Shown piece after piece: positions 11,980 to 27,661 of a stretch of DNA of 64,000 nt (positions within the stretch are counted from its first letter, which is position 1; each line of letters opens with the position of its first letter). Made by a program: the position numbers and the translations under genes. Under the pieces are notes generated by a model. That model searched no databases, was not told where the DNA came from, and saw only the letters and a list, made by a program, of their open reading frames with translations. Source of the DNA: Eledone cirrhosa. Its lineage: Eukaryota. The stretch lies in NCBI GenBank assembly GCA_964016885.1, contig OZ024743.1, forward strand, positions 169,012,001 to 169,076,000. Direction: 5' to 3'.

Positions 11980-14900
11980 GTTCTTTGATCTCAGTCATTG
12001 ATGTTATTTAACTGGAAAGTTTGTTGAAATGAGTTTTGATGCTGTTTCCATCAAACATGCCATTTAAAGTGTTCCAAAAAACAGGGATTTAACCACCCTT
12101 GAAAACATTTTGAGATAGTACCTAGTGCTTAAAAGGCATGCTTGCTGTTCCCAGCAAGCATGCCTTTTGCAATGTTCCAAAAAGCGGGGCTAGACTAATC
12201 TTTTTAACCATCCTTGGAAACTCTCTGAGATAGTATCAAGTACGCCTATGACAATCGGGACGACCTAGATTTCATGGCAGTTCCAAATCCTTTTTAACTC
12301 CCACTTTAAATCCTGGTATCGGTTAATTTTCTCCCTATCCTTTTCTTGCACTCTCGTGTCAAATGGGCAGGCTACATCTACAATCAGGCACGATCTTTTT
12401 TCATTGACCATAACCACCATGTCAGGTCTATTGTGTACTAATTTCTTCTCCGTCTGTATCCTAAAATCCCATAGCACCTTCACCTGATCGGTTTCCATCA
12501 CCGACTCTGGCTTATGCTCATACCACTTCTCAGAATGTGGTAAATTGTTTCCTTTTCATAGATGCCAGTGGGTCACCCTGCCTATCACATCATCTCTACA
12601 GCCTTTATAGTGAGTCTGGGCCTGGTATTTACACTCGGATGCAATGTGAGCCACAGTCTCCTCTCTCTCTCCACAGATCCTACACAGTGGGCTAGCCTCC
12701 TTCTTGTCAATATGGTGTTTCAGCCACTTCGTGTTGAGGGCCTGTTCTTGCGCTGCCATTAACATTCCTTCTGTAGCTTTTTAAGGTCTCCTTTTTTTAA
12801 CCAGTTCCATGTCTGTGGATCTCTAGGTTCAGTTTTCTTAAAGAAGATTCATGAAGGTTGCTCTTCCTCCTTGTTGAAGGTTGCTCTTTCTCGCTGGACA
12901 TCCCCTGGTCAATTGTCCCCTCCTTCAGTACAATTTTGAGCATTGGCTTCCTACTATCAGTCACGTATTTGTGTAGGTTGTTTTTCTCCACCTGAACACA
13001 GTCCCCTATGCTGATAAGACCTCTTCCACCTTCAGATCTCCTTAAGTAGAGTCTATCGATATCACTCATTTTGTGGAACATGATGTAGATAATCAATAGC
13101 TTCCTAGTCTTCCTATCCATTTCTTTTTGTGCAGCAACATTCCATCTCAGAATTCCCGCACTGTACCTAATAATAGACACAGCTCGGGAATTTACTTCAC
13201 TTATGACATTCCTACTGTTCAGAGGTGACTTTAGTACGCTCCTTACTCTCCGAATGTATTCAGATCTTATCAATTCCTTCATTTTTTTTTGTTCTTGATG
13301 TCATCTGCCTCCAGAACACCTAAATATTTGTATCCCTCTTCAGTGTCAATTTCATTTATCATCTCACCTGTTGGTACCTGGATTCCGTTGCTTCTACTCA
13401 ATTTACCCCTCTTCATCACTAGCACTCCACACTTATTAATACCAAATTGCATACATATATCATTGCTGAATATACGGACAGTGTCAACAAGTACATCCAA
13501 CTCCTTTTCACTCTTCCCAAAGAGTTTAATATTGTCCATGAAGAGGAGGTGGTTGATGGTAAGCTCTCCTTTTCCCAACTTGTATCCTGCTCTCACTTAT
13601 ATAACGGTCAGGGGTATCAAGGCAAGGACAAACAACAGAGGTGACAAACTATTTCCCTTGAAGATACCACTCTTGATCTTCACGCCTCCCAAGGATTCTC
13701 CACCTGATGTTTACTCTGTTTCCCAGGACTTCATACTTTTGCTCAACAACTGTCTGATGTTATCTGCTACCTTGAAGATCTCTAGGCTTTTGGTTATTCA
13801 AGAATGATGTACCATGTCGAATGCCTTTTTGTAATCTATCCATCCCATGGCAAGACCAGTGTGCCTCCTCTTGCAATTCCTCATTACCATCTTATCAATA
13901 AGTAACTGGTCCTTTGTACCACGGGACTTCTTTCGGCATCCTTTCTGTTCGTCCGGTAACAAGTTGTTTATGTGGAGGTGATGGTTGATTTCCTCAGACA
14001 CACTGCTTGTTAACAGTTTCCACACTACGGACAGACATGTGGTAGGCCTATACTTGGTAACATCATTACCCGTGATTCGGTCTTTTATTACCAGAACTCT
14101 GGTATTTTTTGTCAACCCACTCTGGTACTTCACTCGACATCAAGCAGTCATTGAGTCATTGAACATGGTTGTCAATTTCGGGTGAAGGGATGTTATATTT
14201 TTAATCCAATACACTTGCACACCATCTGGGCCTGGTGATTTCCAGTTGGTAAGTTTTTTGGCCTGCCCTTTAAGGGTTTCAACTGTGATACTCAAATCAG
14301 TTTGTTGGTGTGCTTGTTCACAAATCTCCTTTTGAACTGTCTCAATCCACACTGCCTGACTATTATGTTCAACATCCTGCTCCCATATTCCTCTCCAGAA
14401 AGTCTTAGTCTGTTCCGCCTCAGGGATCACGTCGTTGCCTCTTTCTTTCCCTTCAAGCTGTCTATACTGACTGACTCTGTTCTCATAGCGCCTAATCTTT
14501 GCACTTTTTGCTACAATGCGTTACTTCAGTTCCTCTATGATAATATTTAGCTTTTCCCCCCTAGTTTTGTATTTTATTTCCAATCTATCTTTAGTGCCTA
14601 TGTTTTGTAATGTTCCATTCAGTAAGGACTCAAGCTTTCCAATGTCTTTTCTCATTTCCTTGATTTGACCATTCAGTCGTTTCTTCCACCAAAGTTCTGA
14701 TCTTTCTTGTTTGTTTTTTCCTCTCGTTTTTATGCTAAGTAATTTCCTCACCGCATTTGCGGTTGCTTTGAGGATATTGTTGCATCGGTGAAGGTTCCTC
14801 GCCTCAAGGTATGGGATGACTTTGTTTAACTTAGCTGTTGCTTCTTTTAACTTTTTCTTGTCTACAAATCTTAGGTTCATAGGTTTTCCACTATCATTTT

Positions 14901-15005
14901 TCAGGATATCAACCAAATCTGCCCTAGCCCATCAGCATTCATTTCCCCAATGGCCGTATCTTTGTTCCAGATGTTATTTATTTCAGCATTCAGATCATTG
15001 TCTGC
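11980..15005 (-). mobile_element. R4/Dong-like family A, older degenerate 5'-truncated copy
   Basis: ORF fragments 14521-14916, 14140-14430, 13798-14133, 13279-13596, 12797-13282, 12556-12765 and 12265-12501 are collinear with the 1130-aa protein; local duplication near the 3' end (about 12050-12250). Confidence 0.92.
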
Positions 15006-15006
15006 T

Positions 15007-15825
15007 TCTAATTTTTGTATCGAGCCTACGGACCTCTGTGCTTGACCAGTTGATGACATTGAAACTGTAAGTTACTACTGGTATGGCAAGCGTGTTTATG
15101 GCATCGATCCTATTCCTTGCATTCAATTCCGTTCTTAAGATTGCTCTTACTCTGCGGTAACATTCCTTCCTTATCCTTTCCCTCATTGTCGAGTGCTTGA
15201 TTCCGTCTCCTTCACAAACACCTATATATTTGTAAGTTTCCTCTTGATCAAGTCACTTATCACATTCCCCCCGATCAAGATTAATGTCTGAACTTCTCAG
15301 CAGCTTTCCTCTGGTGAACGTGGCTTTGGCGCATTTATCTAGTCCAAACTCCATTTTAATATCACCTTTTATCTGCTTCACAGTGGATAATAGCCCTTGC
15401 AATTGCCCACCATTTTTTGCAAACAGTTTCAGGTCATCCATGTAGAACAAGTGATTAATGGTTTTGTCATAGACTATGTTTTGTTTCATTGAGCATTCTA
15501 TTTAATGGTATAAGCGCGTTGCAGAATAAAGCGGTGATAAAGAGTCACCCTGAAAAATTCCACAATTAATATTAACTTATCCAGCTTACAGTGATTTTTT
15601 TTCACTATTCAAAAGGAGTGTTGTTTTCCATGTTTTCCTGACAACGGGAGATATTTTGAAAATCTCTAAACACTTTTCAAGCCAACTGTGTGGCAAACTA
15701 TCGAATGCTTTTTTGTGTATCCAAGCAATTAATAGATTTCTGTGTCTATTATCTTCCAATATTTTGTTAACCAAAAGCTGATCCTTTACAGCCATATGAG
15801 CCTCGTTTACACCCTTTCTGCTCAT
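15007..15825 (-). mobile_element. R4/Dong-like family B internal RT fragment
   Basis: HLFYMDDLKLFAKN and RERIRKECYRRVRAIL; matches about 52300-53030 in reverse. Confidence 0.88.
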
Positions 15826-15859
15826 TGGGAATTATATCATTTGTTATCAGGTGATCATA

Positions 15860-16560
15860 TGTATATTCAGTTAGGACTGATGTTAAAATTTGTTGAGTTT
15901 CGGTGGATCAGGTACTTGGAGGTCATGGGTTTGGCAAAATGCGATTCGTTTGACAAACGATCGTCTTTACCGTCACAAGCTGATGACCAAATTGAGGCAC
16001 AATTTACAATAGCCAGAACTAAACTTAAAAAGATTCTAGAACAACATAACAGAAAACAGAATAGAATTGTGACCCAGCAACTGGGGGACAGCGTAAATGG
16101 CTTGTTTAAGCTCATGCAGCGCTCGCGAAATGGAGAGATTGGATGCTTTCCAACAGACAAGTCTGACAGAATATCAGTCCACAGCCTGCCCCGCTACATC
16201 CAGGCAATTCAAACCTACATCATCGACACAAGAGAGGTAACACCATAAGAGTATGGGGAAAGGGAAAAAACCCTCAACACTCATATGATGATGTGAACTA
16301 GCATAATACAGCCTAATAAACGGACTACCAGCAACTTTATATATGGGCTTCACAATGACCACAAGGCAAATACTGACACAGTCACAGGACCACCATCACG
16401 GCCAGTCTGTGGAACTAACATTGCTAGCAACTACAGAGTCTCTTGATTCCTCTCCCTGATCATAAGCCCTAAAATCGAAATGTCCCCAGCTATACGCGAC
16501 AGCACGGAGGACCTCCTGAGCAGAATCAGCGAATGCAACCTGTCTAGGGACCTAACAGGC
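15860..16560 (+). mobile_element. Penelope-like element RT N-terminal fragment (degenerate, distinct family)
   Basis: Manual translation gives FPTDKSD..., LY(G)LH.DHK...GPPSRPVCG and DSTEDLL, resembling PLE DKS/KDHK/RP motifs; stops and frameshifts. Confidence 0.55.
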
Positions 16561-16887
16561 TGTACATATGTTATTTTTTGTAGTGCTTCCATAAATCAGA
16601 TAAAGAACCTAAAATTTAATGAGAGGCTAGCAGGCACACATATACACACGGAACTATTTCATTCACTTTTTCATTCTCTCTATTTTTCAGCATATTCCAT
16701 CGTAATTAAGAAGATAACTCACGACGGCCATATATTTACATACTTATAAGCGAATGAATATAGGTCCGAGTGTCGGGTACACCCATTCCTGAATCAAAAG
16801 AACTCATATGCCAAGTTTGAACATGATTGGCTCATTTGTTTTTTAAGTGCAGTGAAGATAAAGAGACAAACGAGCTATTATATGTAC

Positions 16888-16934
<47 letters not shown>

Positions 16935-16964
16935 AAAATTACAGATGTAAGGAAAGAATAGACA

Positions 16965-17540
16965 AAGAATTACCTATTTTTTCTTCAAAGTCCCGACTTC
17001 AGTTTCTTCGACTGGTTTGCAGCAATGTTACACCAGGAAAGTGTACCAGTGCTGTGATGGTGTCGATTCTTCAGGAGAACCCCTCATTTTGTATACTTTT
17101 CCTGAGTGAATAATTCACTTTTCAAAAGTGAATAATTCTCTGTAGGGAGGCAAAGGCCGGACGTTCGGCAAGTACCATATTTGCTAGAAAAAGCAGTCAG
17201 CGCCCGCCTATTTAACTCTACCTCAAGGGAGTTGGGAAAATATAGTAATAAGATACACACACAGATACATAAAAATATGTGTGTGTAGTATCCCGCCTTG
17301 ACCGGTTTTGAGCAATGACCGACCGAATCAAAATAATCATTTAAGCTGAGCTATTTATCAAATAATAAATGCGAGGAAAGAATTACCTATTTTTGCTTCA
17401 AAGTCTCGACTGCAGATTCATCGACTGATTTGCAGAAATGATGCACCAAAAAAGTGCACCAGTGCTGAGAGGCTGTCGATTCTTCAGCAGGAGAACCCCT
17501 CATTGTTTGAACAAAGTGAATAATTCTCTGGAGGGAGGAA
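16965..17540. repeat. Two diverged direct copies of a 160-185 bp unit (about 16965-17150 and 17378-17540)
   Basis: Both run from AAGAATTACCTATTTT to AAAGTGAATAATTCTCTG.AGGGAGG. Confidence 0.85.
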
Positions 17541-17699
17541 GCATAGCTCTGATTAAATGATTATTTTAACTAGCAGAAAGACCGCCCGAGGGAGGTTTCT
17601 GCTAGCATATTTAGTGTGCATATTGGTATTATAAGCAAATATATATGCATATAGATATATGTAAATTGAAAAGTAAATGACAATATCTTCTTCTTTGCC

Positions 17700-17945
17700 C
17701 ATTTATATCTGAGCGGGTCGTGTGAGCAGAGTCCTTCTCAAACACTCCTTCCAGCGAGTTTGTCAGAAGCAAACATATCTAACTCATCCAGCTGGATCCT
17801 AAAGCGTGGCCAGCCAAACTCATGGATGTTATCCAACTATCTTGCTCAGTGTCTACCCCTGGGTCGCTTGCCGGTTGGTTTTGACTGTAAAATTTGTCCA
17901 GCTTTACTTATACATTCTAACCACATGCTCATAATATCGGAGATA
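17700..17945 (-). mobile_element. RTE-clade LINE 3' fragment
   Basis: Minus-strand translation ILQSKPTGKRPRGRH..(W)LDNI matches the RTE C-terminal G.RPRGRP..RW.D motif. Confidence 0.65.
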
Positions 17946-17986
17946 TGATCTCTCAATTGAATGGATGTTAGACGGTGATGATGATG

Positions 17987-18046
<60 letters not shown>

Positions 18047-18205
18047 GTGATAACACAACAGTTAGTTCACCATACCGAGAACAATTGTTCACCATTGTAC
18101 CACTTCTACCTAACTCGTCCCATGGACTGAGCGCTCTACCACTACGGATATTACTTTCCAGTGTTCTACTTCTCTCTCTCTCTATCTCTATCTCTCTCTC
18201 TCTCT

Positions 18206-18263
<58 letters not shown>

Positions 18264-18385
18264 CGTTTATATATATATATGCATAAATGAATGAAGTAAT
18301 TCCGTCGGAAAAGTCCAGGAAAAAAGAGTGCTCTATGTAGATAACAGGGCTTAATAGTTATGTAATAAACAACATAAGGCAATTA

Positions 18386-18447
18386 TTTCATTTACCAGTG
18401 GTTTCTTAAAAGCAAAAAAACTTTCGCTTTCAATCATCAGAATGAAA
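18386..18447 (-). ncRNA. Type I hammerhead ribozyme (family M)
   Basis: Minus strand: tttcatt CTGATGA ttgaaagc..gcttttaa GAA ACCA-c-TGGT A aatgaaa. Confidence 0.8.
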
Positions 18448-18585
18448 AAATCCTGGCGTATTTATTGACGTTGGATTTTAAAAACAAAAATGCAATCTAT
18501 ATGAAAGTGAGGCTGGAACAGGAAGAAGGAAAGGAAAAATAAAATAAAAACACACATGCAAATAGGCACACACACACACAATTAT

Positions 18586-18621
<36 letters not shown>

Positions 18622-18627
<6 letters not shown>

Positions 18628-19443
18628 GTTTGTATATGTATAATAAAGCCAAAACAATGCAGGTATGGACATAGAATAAAGAATGCAAATGCAAAAGATA
18701 TTGTTGACAATTAGTCTTTTACCTTAGATTTATTTAAATGTCCTTAATTTTCGAGATAATATCTCTTCTTCAGAGGGAAGTAAAGCTCTCAAACCAGTGT
18801 TCTAAATAGCTTGCCAAGTCATACTGACAGGAAATGGTATAGAGTATCTGTTCTATCTCTAATGTCAAAGAGTTAAAATTAGGTGGATAAAGAGTAGTCT
18901 CCCTTTAAAAGGGGTTTGTTTTTGTGTTTTTTTTGTTTTTTTTATACATGCCCGTTTAAGTGTGTGGGAGAATGCATGAAGGTGTAAGTATGTGAGTGTG
19001 TGTGTGTGAGTGTGAGAAGATATGTCTATTCGTAAATGTGGGGGAATAGGTGTTGTCTGGTGTTAGAACTGGTTTTGTGTGTGTATGTGTGAGAGAGAAT
19101 AAGTGGAGGTGTAAGCTTGTGTGTGTGTGTGCGTGTGTGTGTGGGGTGTGTGTAAATATGGGGCTAGAAGCTCTATCAGGTTATAAATTGGGTGTTGAGT
19201 TCTAGTCTATTATTGATTGGTGGTTGTGTTTATCTATAATTAGTGCTTCCTTAATTCTAAGATTGCCGAGGTTTCTTTCCTTAGTTTCTATCCTAACTGT
19301 TATGGTTTTGACGGTGTTTTTGCATTTAACTAGGTGAAACACCTAAAAGACTGATTGTCAACAATATCTTTTGCATTTACATTCTTTATTCTATGTCCAT
19401 ACCTGCATTGTTTTGGCTTTATTATACATATACAAACGTTTAT
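18622..19443 (-). mobile_element. Penelope/Poseidon-like PLE 3' fragment with an inverted copy of its 3' end at the 5' junction
   Basis: Minus-strand translation HLVKC...IETKERNLGNLRIKEALIIDKH/PPINNRLE (GIY-YIG C-terminus); about 100-bp inverted repeats at 18622-18721 and 19344-19443; begins at a (TA)n tract. Confidence 0.8.
18742..18776 (-). ncRNA. Minimal type I hammerhead ribozyme
   Basis: cct CTGAAGA a gagat-att-atctc GAA AATT A agg; palindromic stem III; AATAAA just downstream. Confidence 0.7.
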
Positions 19444-20030
19444 ACCTCATTACACAATGCTTCAAGTGAACTATAACCTCCTCCATATATATATATATAT
19501 ATATATATACATACACACATAAATACACACACACATATATACACACACACACACACATATATATGTGTATATATATACATACACATACATATACACATAC
19601 ATACATACACACATAAATATCAACATATCCATACATACACATCCATATATACAACCACACACATATATATATATATATATATACACATACACATGCATAT
19701 ACATACATACATACACACAATCATACGTATATACACACACCTCTACTTACTCACACACACAAATAAATATAAGAAAAAATACATAATAATAAAAAAACAT
19801 AAAAATGAATATAAAGACTATTATAATGTTGACAGCGATACAGGCAACAAATAAATGAACAAACACGTGGTAAGCAATACACACAAATGCACGTACACAT
19901 ACATACGTAAAAATAAATACATACACACACTCTCACACATAAATATACATATACAAATACATAAACACATACATACGCATACACAAATACATACACACAC
20001 ACACACACACATATACATATATACACACAC

Positions 20031-20094
<64 letters not shown>

Positions 20095-20098
<4 letters not shown>

Positions 20099-20755
20099 GA
20101 AAAGTATAGAAATTGTTGTAGCGAGAAGCTAACAGTATTCCATAACATATATGCGACTATAGCGTCAAAATGGGAAAATAGTTAACATAAGATATTGGAA
20201 AAATAATTCAGACTCAATTCAAAAGGAACAGGATATAGATTTATCCAACAGAATTTAGAGAAATCCAGGGAAAAATCAATAGACCCTTAACTCATGATAA
20301 AACAAAGTCTAAAGTACTCAGCCTTCAATTTGGGACAACTTCAAATGCTCTGAGCAGAGCTCTACATGGTAACCAAGGTCTCACTGGTAATATGCCAAAA
20401 AGGGAATTTAAAAGCAGGCTAGTTTAACATCATGCGTGGTTATTAAAATAAACGCACATGTGTAAAAACAGGGCTGGTGACGTCAGAATGAGACAAATGT
20501 TTGTTTACATGAAACAACAGTCAAAAACATTCCGAAAGAAAACTCTACAAAAAGAGTTCAGCAAAAAGCAATATCATCGCGGTTTTTTTCCAAAAAAAAT
20601 ACTGGGATTAGTCACAAATAATTTAAGCACTCTAAGAAATAAATCCGAGTATATATATATAAATGAAAAGTATAGAAATTGTTGTAGTGAGAAGCTAACA
20701 GTATTCCTTAACATATATGCGACTATAGCGTCAAAATGGGAAAATAGTTAACATA

Positions 20756-20760
<5 letters not shown>
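20095..20760. mobile_element. About 670-bp insertion in (TA)n with about 100-bp terminal direct repeats (20095-20194, 20661-20760); probable PLE-type pLTR remnant
   Basis: AAATGAAAAGTATAGAAATTG...GTTAACATAAGATA occurs twice with about 2 mismatches; (TA)n on both sides. Confidence 0.55.
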
Positions 20761-20834
<74 letters not shown>

Positions 20835-20964
20835 CATACTTAACCATACAAAAATACACATACATATACATACATATCACAAACACGTACATACAAATAC
20901 GAACACGCACATATATATGTGTGTAAAACTCATTCTTAGATAATTCATATGAACCTTATTAAAC

Positions 20965-20994
<30 letters not shown>

Positions 20995-20995
<1 letters not shown>

Positions 20996-21934
20996 CGATA
21001 TTAATAAATGGAAACTATATTTATAAAACCATATTTATTTCATTATACATATTTCAAGGATACCAAGTTAAATTATGGTATGCCTTCATCAGACAAAATA
21101 CAATATATATCAGTTTTACAAATAAGCATTGACGTACCTTTTCAAAATGCGACCATTACTTTTGGAGGACATCAGGATAGTGGTTTGTTTATATTATTTT
21201 AGTAAGTCTTAGTGTTAGGGACAATTACAAAAAACGGAGAGGGAGAAAAGCGTGGAGAAAAAACGGAGAGAGAGAAAAGCGTGGAGAAAAAAAGGAAGAG
21301 ATAAATAAAGAAAAAGAGGAAAGAAAAGAAGAAAAAAGGAAAAAATAAGAAAACAGAGGAAAGCAACAGAGAGATATCAAACCATCAGACAGAGAGAAAA
21401 AACTCAAGAGAGAGAAATAAGAGATAGAGAGAGGGGGAGAGAACGAAAGCCTTAAGTCATGACATATTTCTAATTTTATTTAAATAAATAAAATTAGAAA
21501 TATTAATATTCATGAATGGAATATACGTATATAATATGAGAAATTAATCATTGTTTAATTATGATTAGATATTTAGTTTAAAAATTGAGATCAATATACT
21601 ACAAATTGGAATTTAAACATCACAAAATGTATATTGCTATAGAGATTATCTATTGTACAGCACGTATATATAGGCAAAGATACATAAATATATATATACA
21701 CATACATTCAGAAAATAGTCATTATATCTACTCCCGCATATAATATATACATACAGAGCATAAGTGATTTTTTTTATTACTGCTATACATTACTTGTGTT
21801 ATTAAATAAAAAATTCACCGTATATATATATAAATATATAGGATTAACTTTCATGCATTTATGGCTGTTAAAATTATGCATATCTGCAATCAAAACTGCA
21901 TGGGTAAGCATGCACACACATAACTCCTAGCTAT

Positions 21935-22019
<85 letters not shown>

Positions 22020-22895
22020 TGTGCGTGCATCTTCACCCGATTGGTATACACGCGTCACTCATGCATATATACAGGCATATATATATAATCACAAAAAAGC
22101 ATATAACACATGTATATGTATGTTAATACACACATATATATATACATATTCGTATAGAGATAAGTATACATCAATATATTACATAGTACAATTGAGTATA
22201 TAAAATACAAAAGGATTATATTTTGGAAATATAATTATATCAATATAAATTTAAAATACAAAAGCATTATATTTTGGAAATATACTTATATCAGTATAAC
22301 TTAAAAGACAAACGAATTCTACAAATATCAAAATATTAAATATTTTAAAATATTATAGAATATCTTAAGTTAAAATAATATGTTTAATAGATTTAGTATA
22401 GAAATTTATCTTACGTATATTTTAATCAAGATATTGAAAGGATAAACTTTTGAAAATTATGAGAAGCTATCAGAATAAAAACAAACCTAATAAAAAATAA
22501 ATAAAATATTATATCAATATAATTTAAAAAAAAAGGATTCTACAGATATCAAAATATTAAAATATTTTAAAATTATAGAATATTTTAAGCTAAAATAATA
22601 TGTTTAATATATTTAGTATAGAAATTTATCTTACGTATATTTTATTTAAGATATTGGAAGGATAAACATTTTAGAGTAGTTTAGTATATCTATATTTATA
22701 TTTAGGAAGAAATATTTATACTTGAGTATTTAACCAAAGAAAATGAAAAAGAAAAAGGTGAAGAATTCTAATGATCTATCGACAGGTTTCATATATTAAC
22801 CAAATTACTTAATTAATTATACTACATTTTAAATTTATATTTATATTTAAACGTTGAGTTCAATCTATGTCTGCAGCAACTAAATAAATAAATTA
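20995..22895 (-). mobile_element. Naiad-like PLE 3' part: last codons of GIY-YIG ORF + long AT-rich 3' UTR
   Basis: Minus-strand translation near 22820-22890 gives [21 protein letters not shown]; homologous to 31495-33114; hammerhead near the 3' end; internal duplication (22316-22447 and 22537-22667). Confidence 0.7.
21036..21100 (-). ncRNA. Type I hammerhead ribozyme
   Basis: tattttgt CTGATGA aggcatacca..tggtatcctt GAA ATATGTAT A atgaaata; stem I pairs with G-U wobbles. Confidence 0.72.
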
Positions 22896-22913
22896 TTCCA
22901 TGCATACGTACAT

Positions 22914-22944
<31 letters not shown>

Positions 22945-23217
22945 TATATAACTCAGTATATATATATATATATGAGAAAGAACATAATTATTATATATAT
23001 ATATAAAAATTAAATATTGTATATATACAATATTTTTTTATATATACAATATTTATTTTTTATATATATATATATAATAATTATGTTCTTTCTCATATAT
23101 ATATATTGAGTTATATATGTATATATATATATGTGTGTGTGTATTTACGTATGCATACGTATGTGTATGTATATATGTGTGTGTAGGTATATATGTGTAA
23201 GTGAGTATGTATGTGTA

Positions 23218-23271
<54 letters not shown>

Positions 23272-23275
<4 letters not shown>

Positions 23276-23495
23276 GACAAACATAGAATATTCGAAAATA
23301 TTCTGTATGTTTATAATAAACATTTTGAAGACCTAATCGCTATAGAATAGAATACGTCACGTATTACAATTTGAGATTCTCGATAAAAGCAAGGGAAGTA
23401 ACCTACGCGTTTCATTCTTATTTGAAATCATCAGGTCTTCAAAATGTTTATTATAAACATACAGAATATTTTCGAATATTCTATGTTTGTCTTCA
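23272..23495 (-). mobile_element. 224-bp PLE-like mini-insertion with 63-bp terminal inverted repeats and a hammerhead core
   Basis: Arms at 23272-23334 and 23433-23495; minus strand carries cCTGATGA tttc-aaataa-gaat GAA ACGCGT A gg. Confidence 0.75.
23399..23440 (-). ncRNA. Minimal hammerhead ribozyme core (stem I imperfect)
   Basis: CTGATGA...GAAACGCGTAGG with palindromic ACGCGT stem III; first pair of stem II is mismatched. Confidence 0.6.
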
Positions 23496-23529
23496 CATAT
23501 ATATCGCTATTTCAGAGCATTAAATCCAA

Positions 23530-27465
<3,936 letters not shown>

Positions 27466-27528
27466 CATCATTCGTCGACTACTGTCATATAAGGCTTGAG
27501 CTCTGCCGTAGGGTCAGGTTTCATCCTA

Positions 27529-27658
<130 letters not shown>

Positions 27659-27661
27659 TAC

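Larger units (their letters stand above)
18355..23030 (-). mobile_element. Microsatellite-rich hammerhead repeat (family M), copy split by nested insertions (segments at 18355-18600, 19490-20030, 20830-20970, 22915-23030)
   Basis: Unique anchor segments occur in the same order, reversed, as in the contiguous copy at 29780-31166. Confidence 0.7.
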
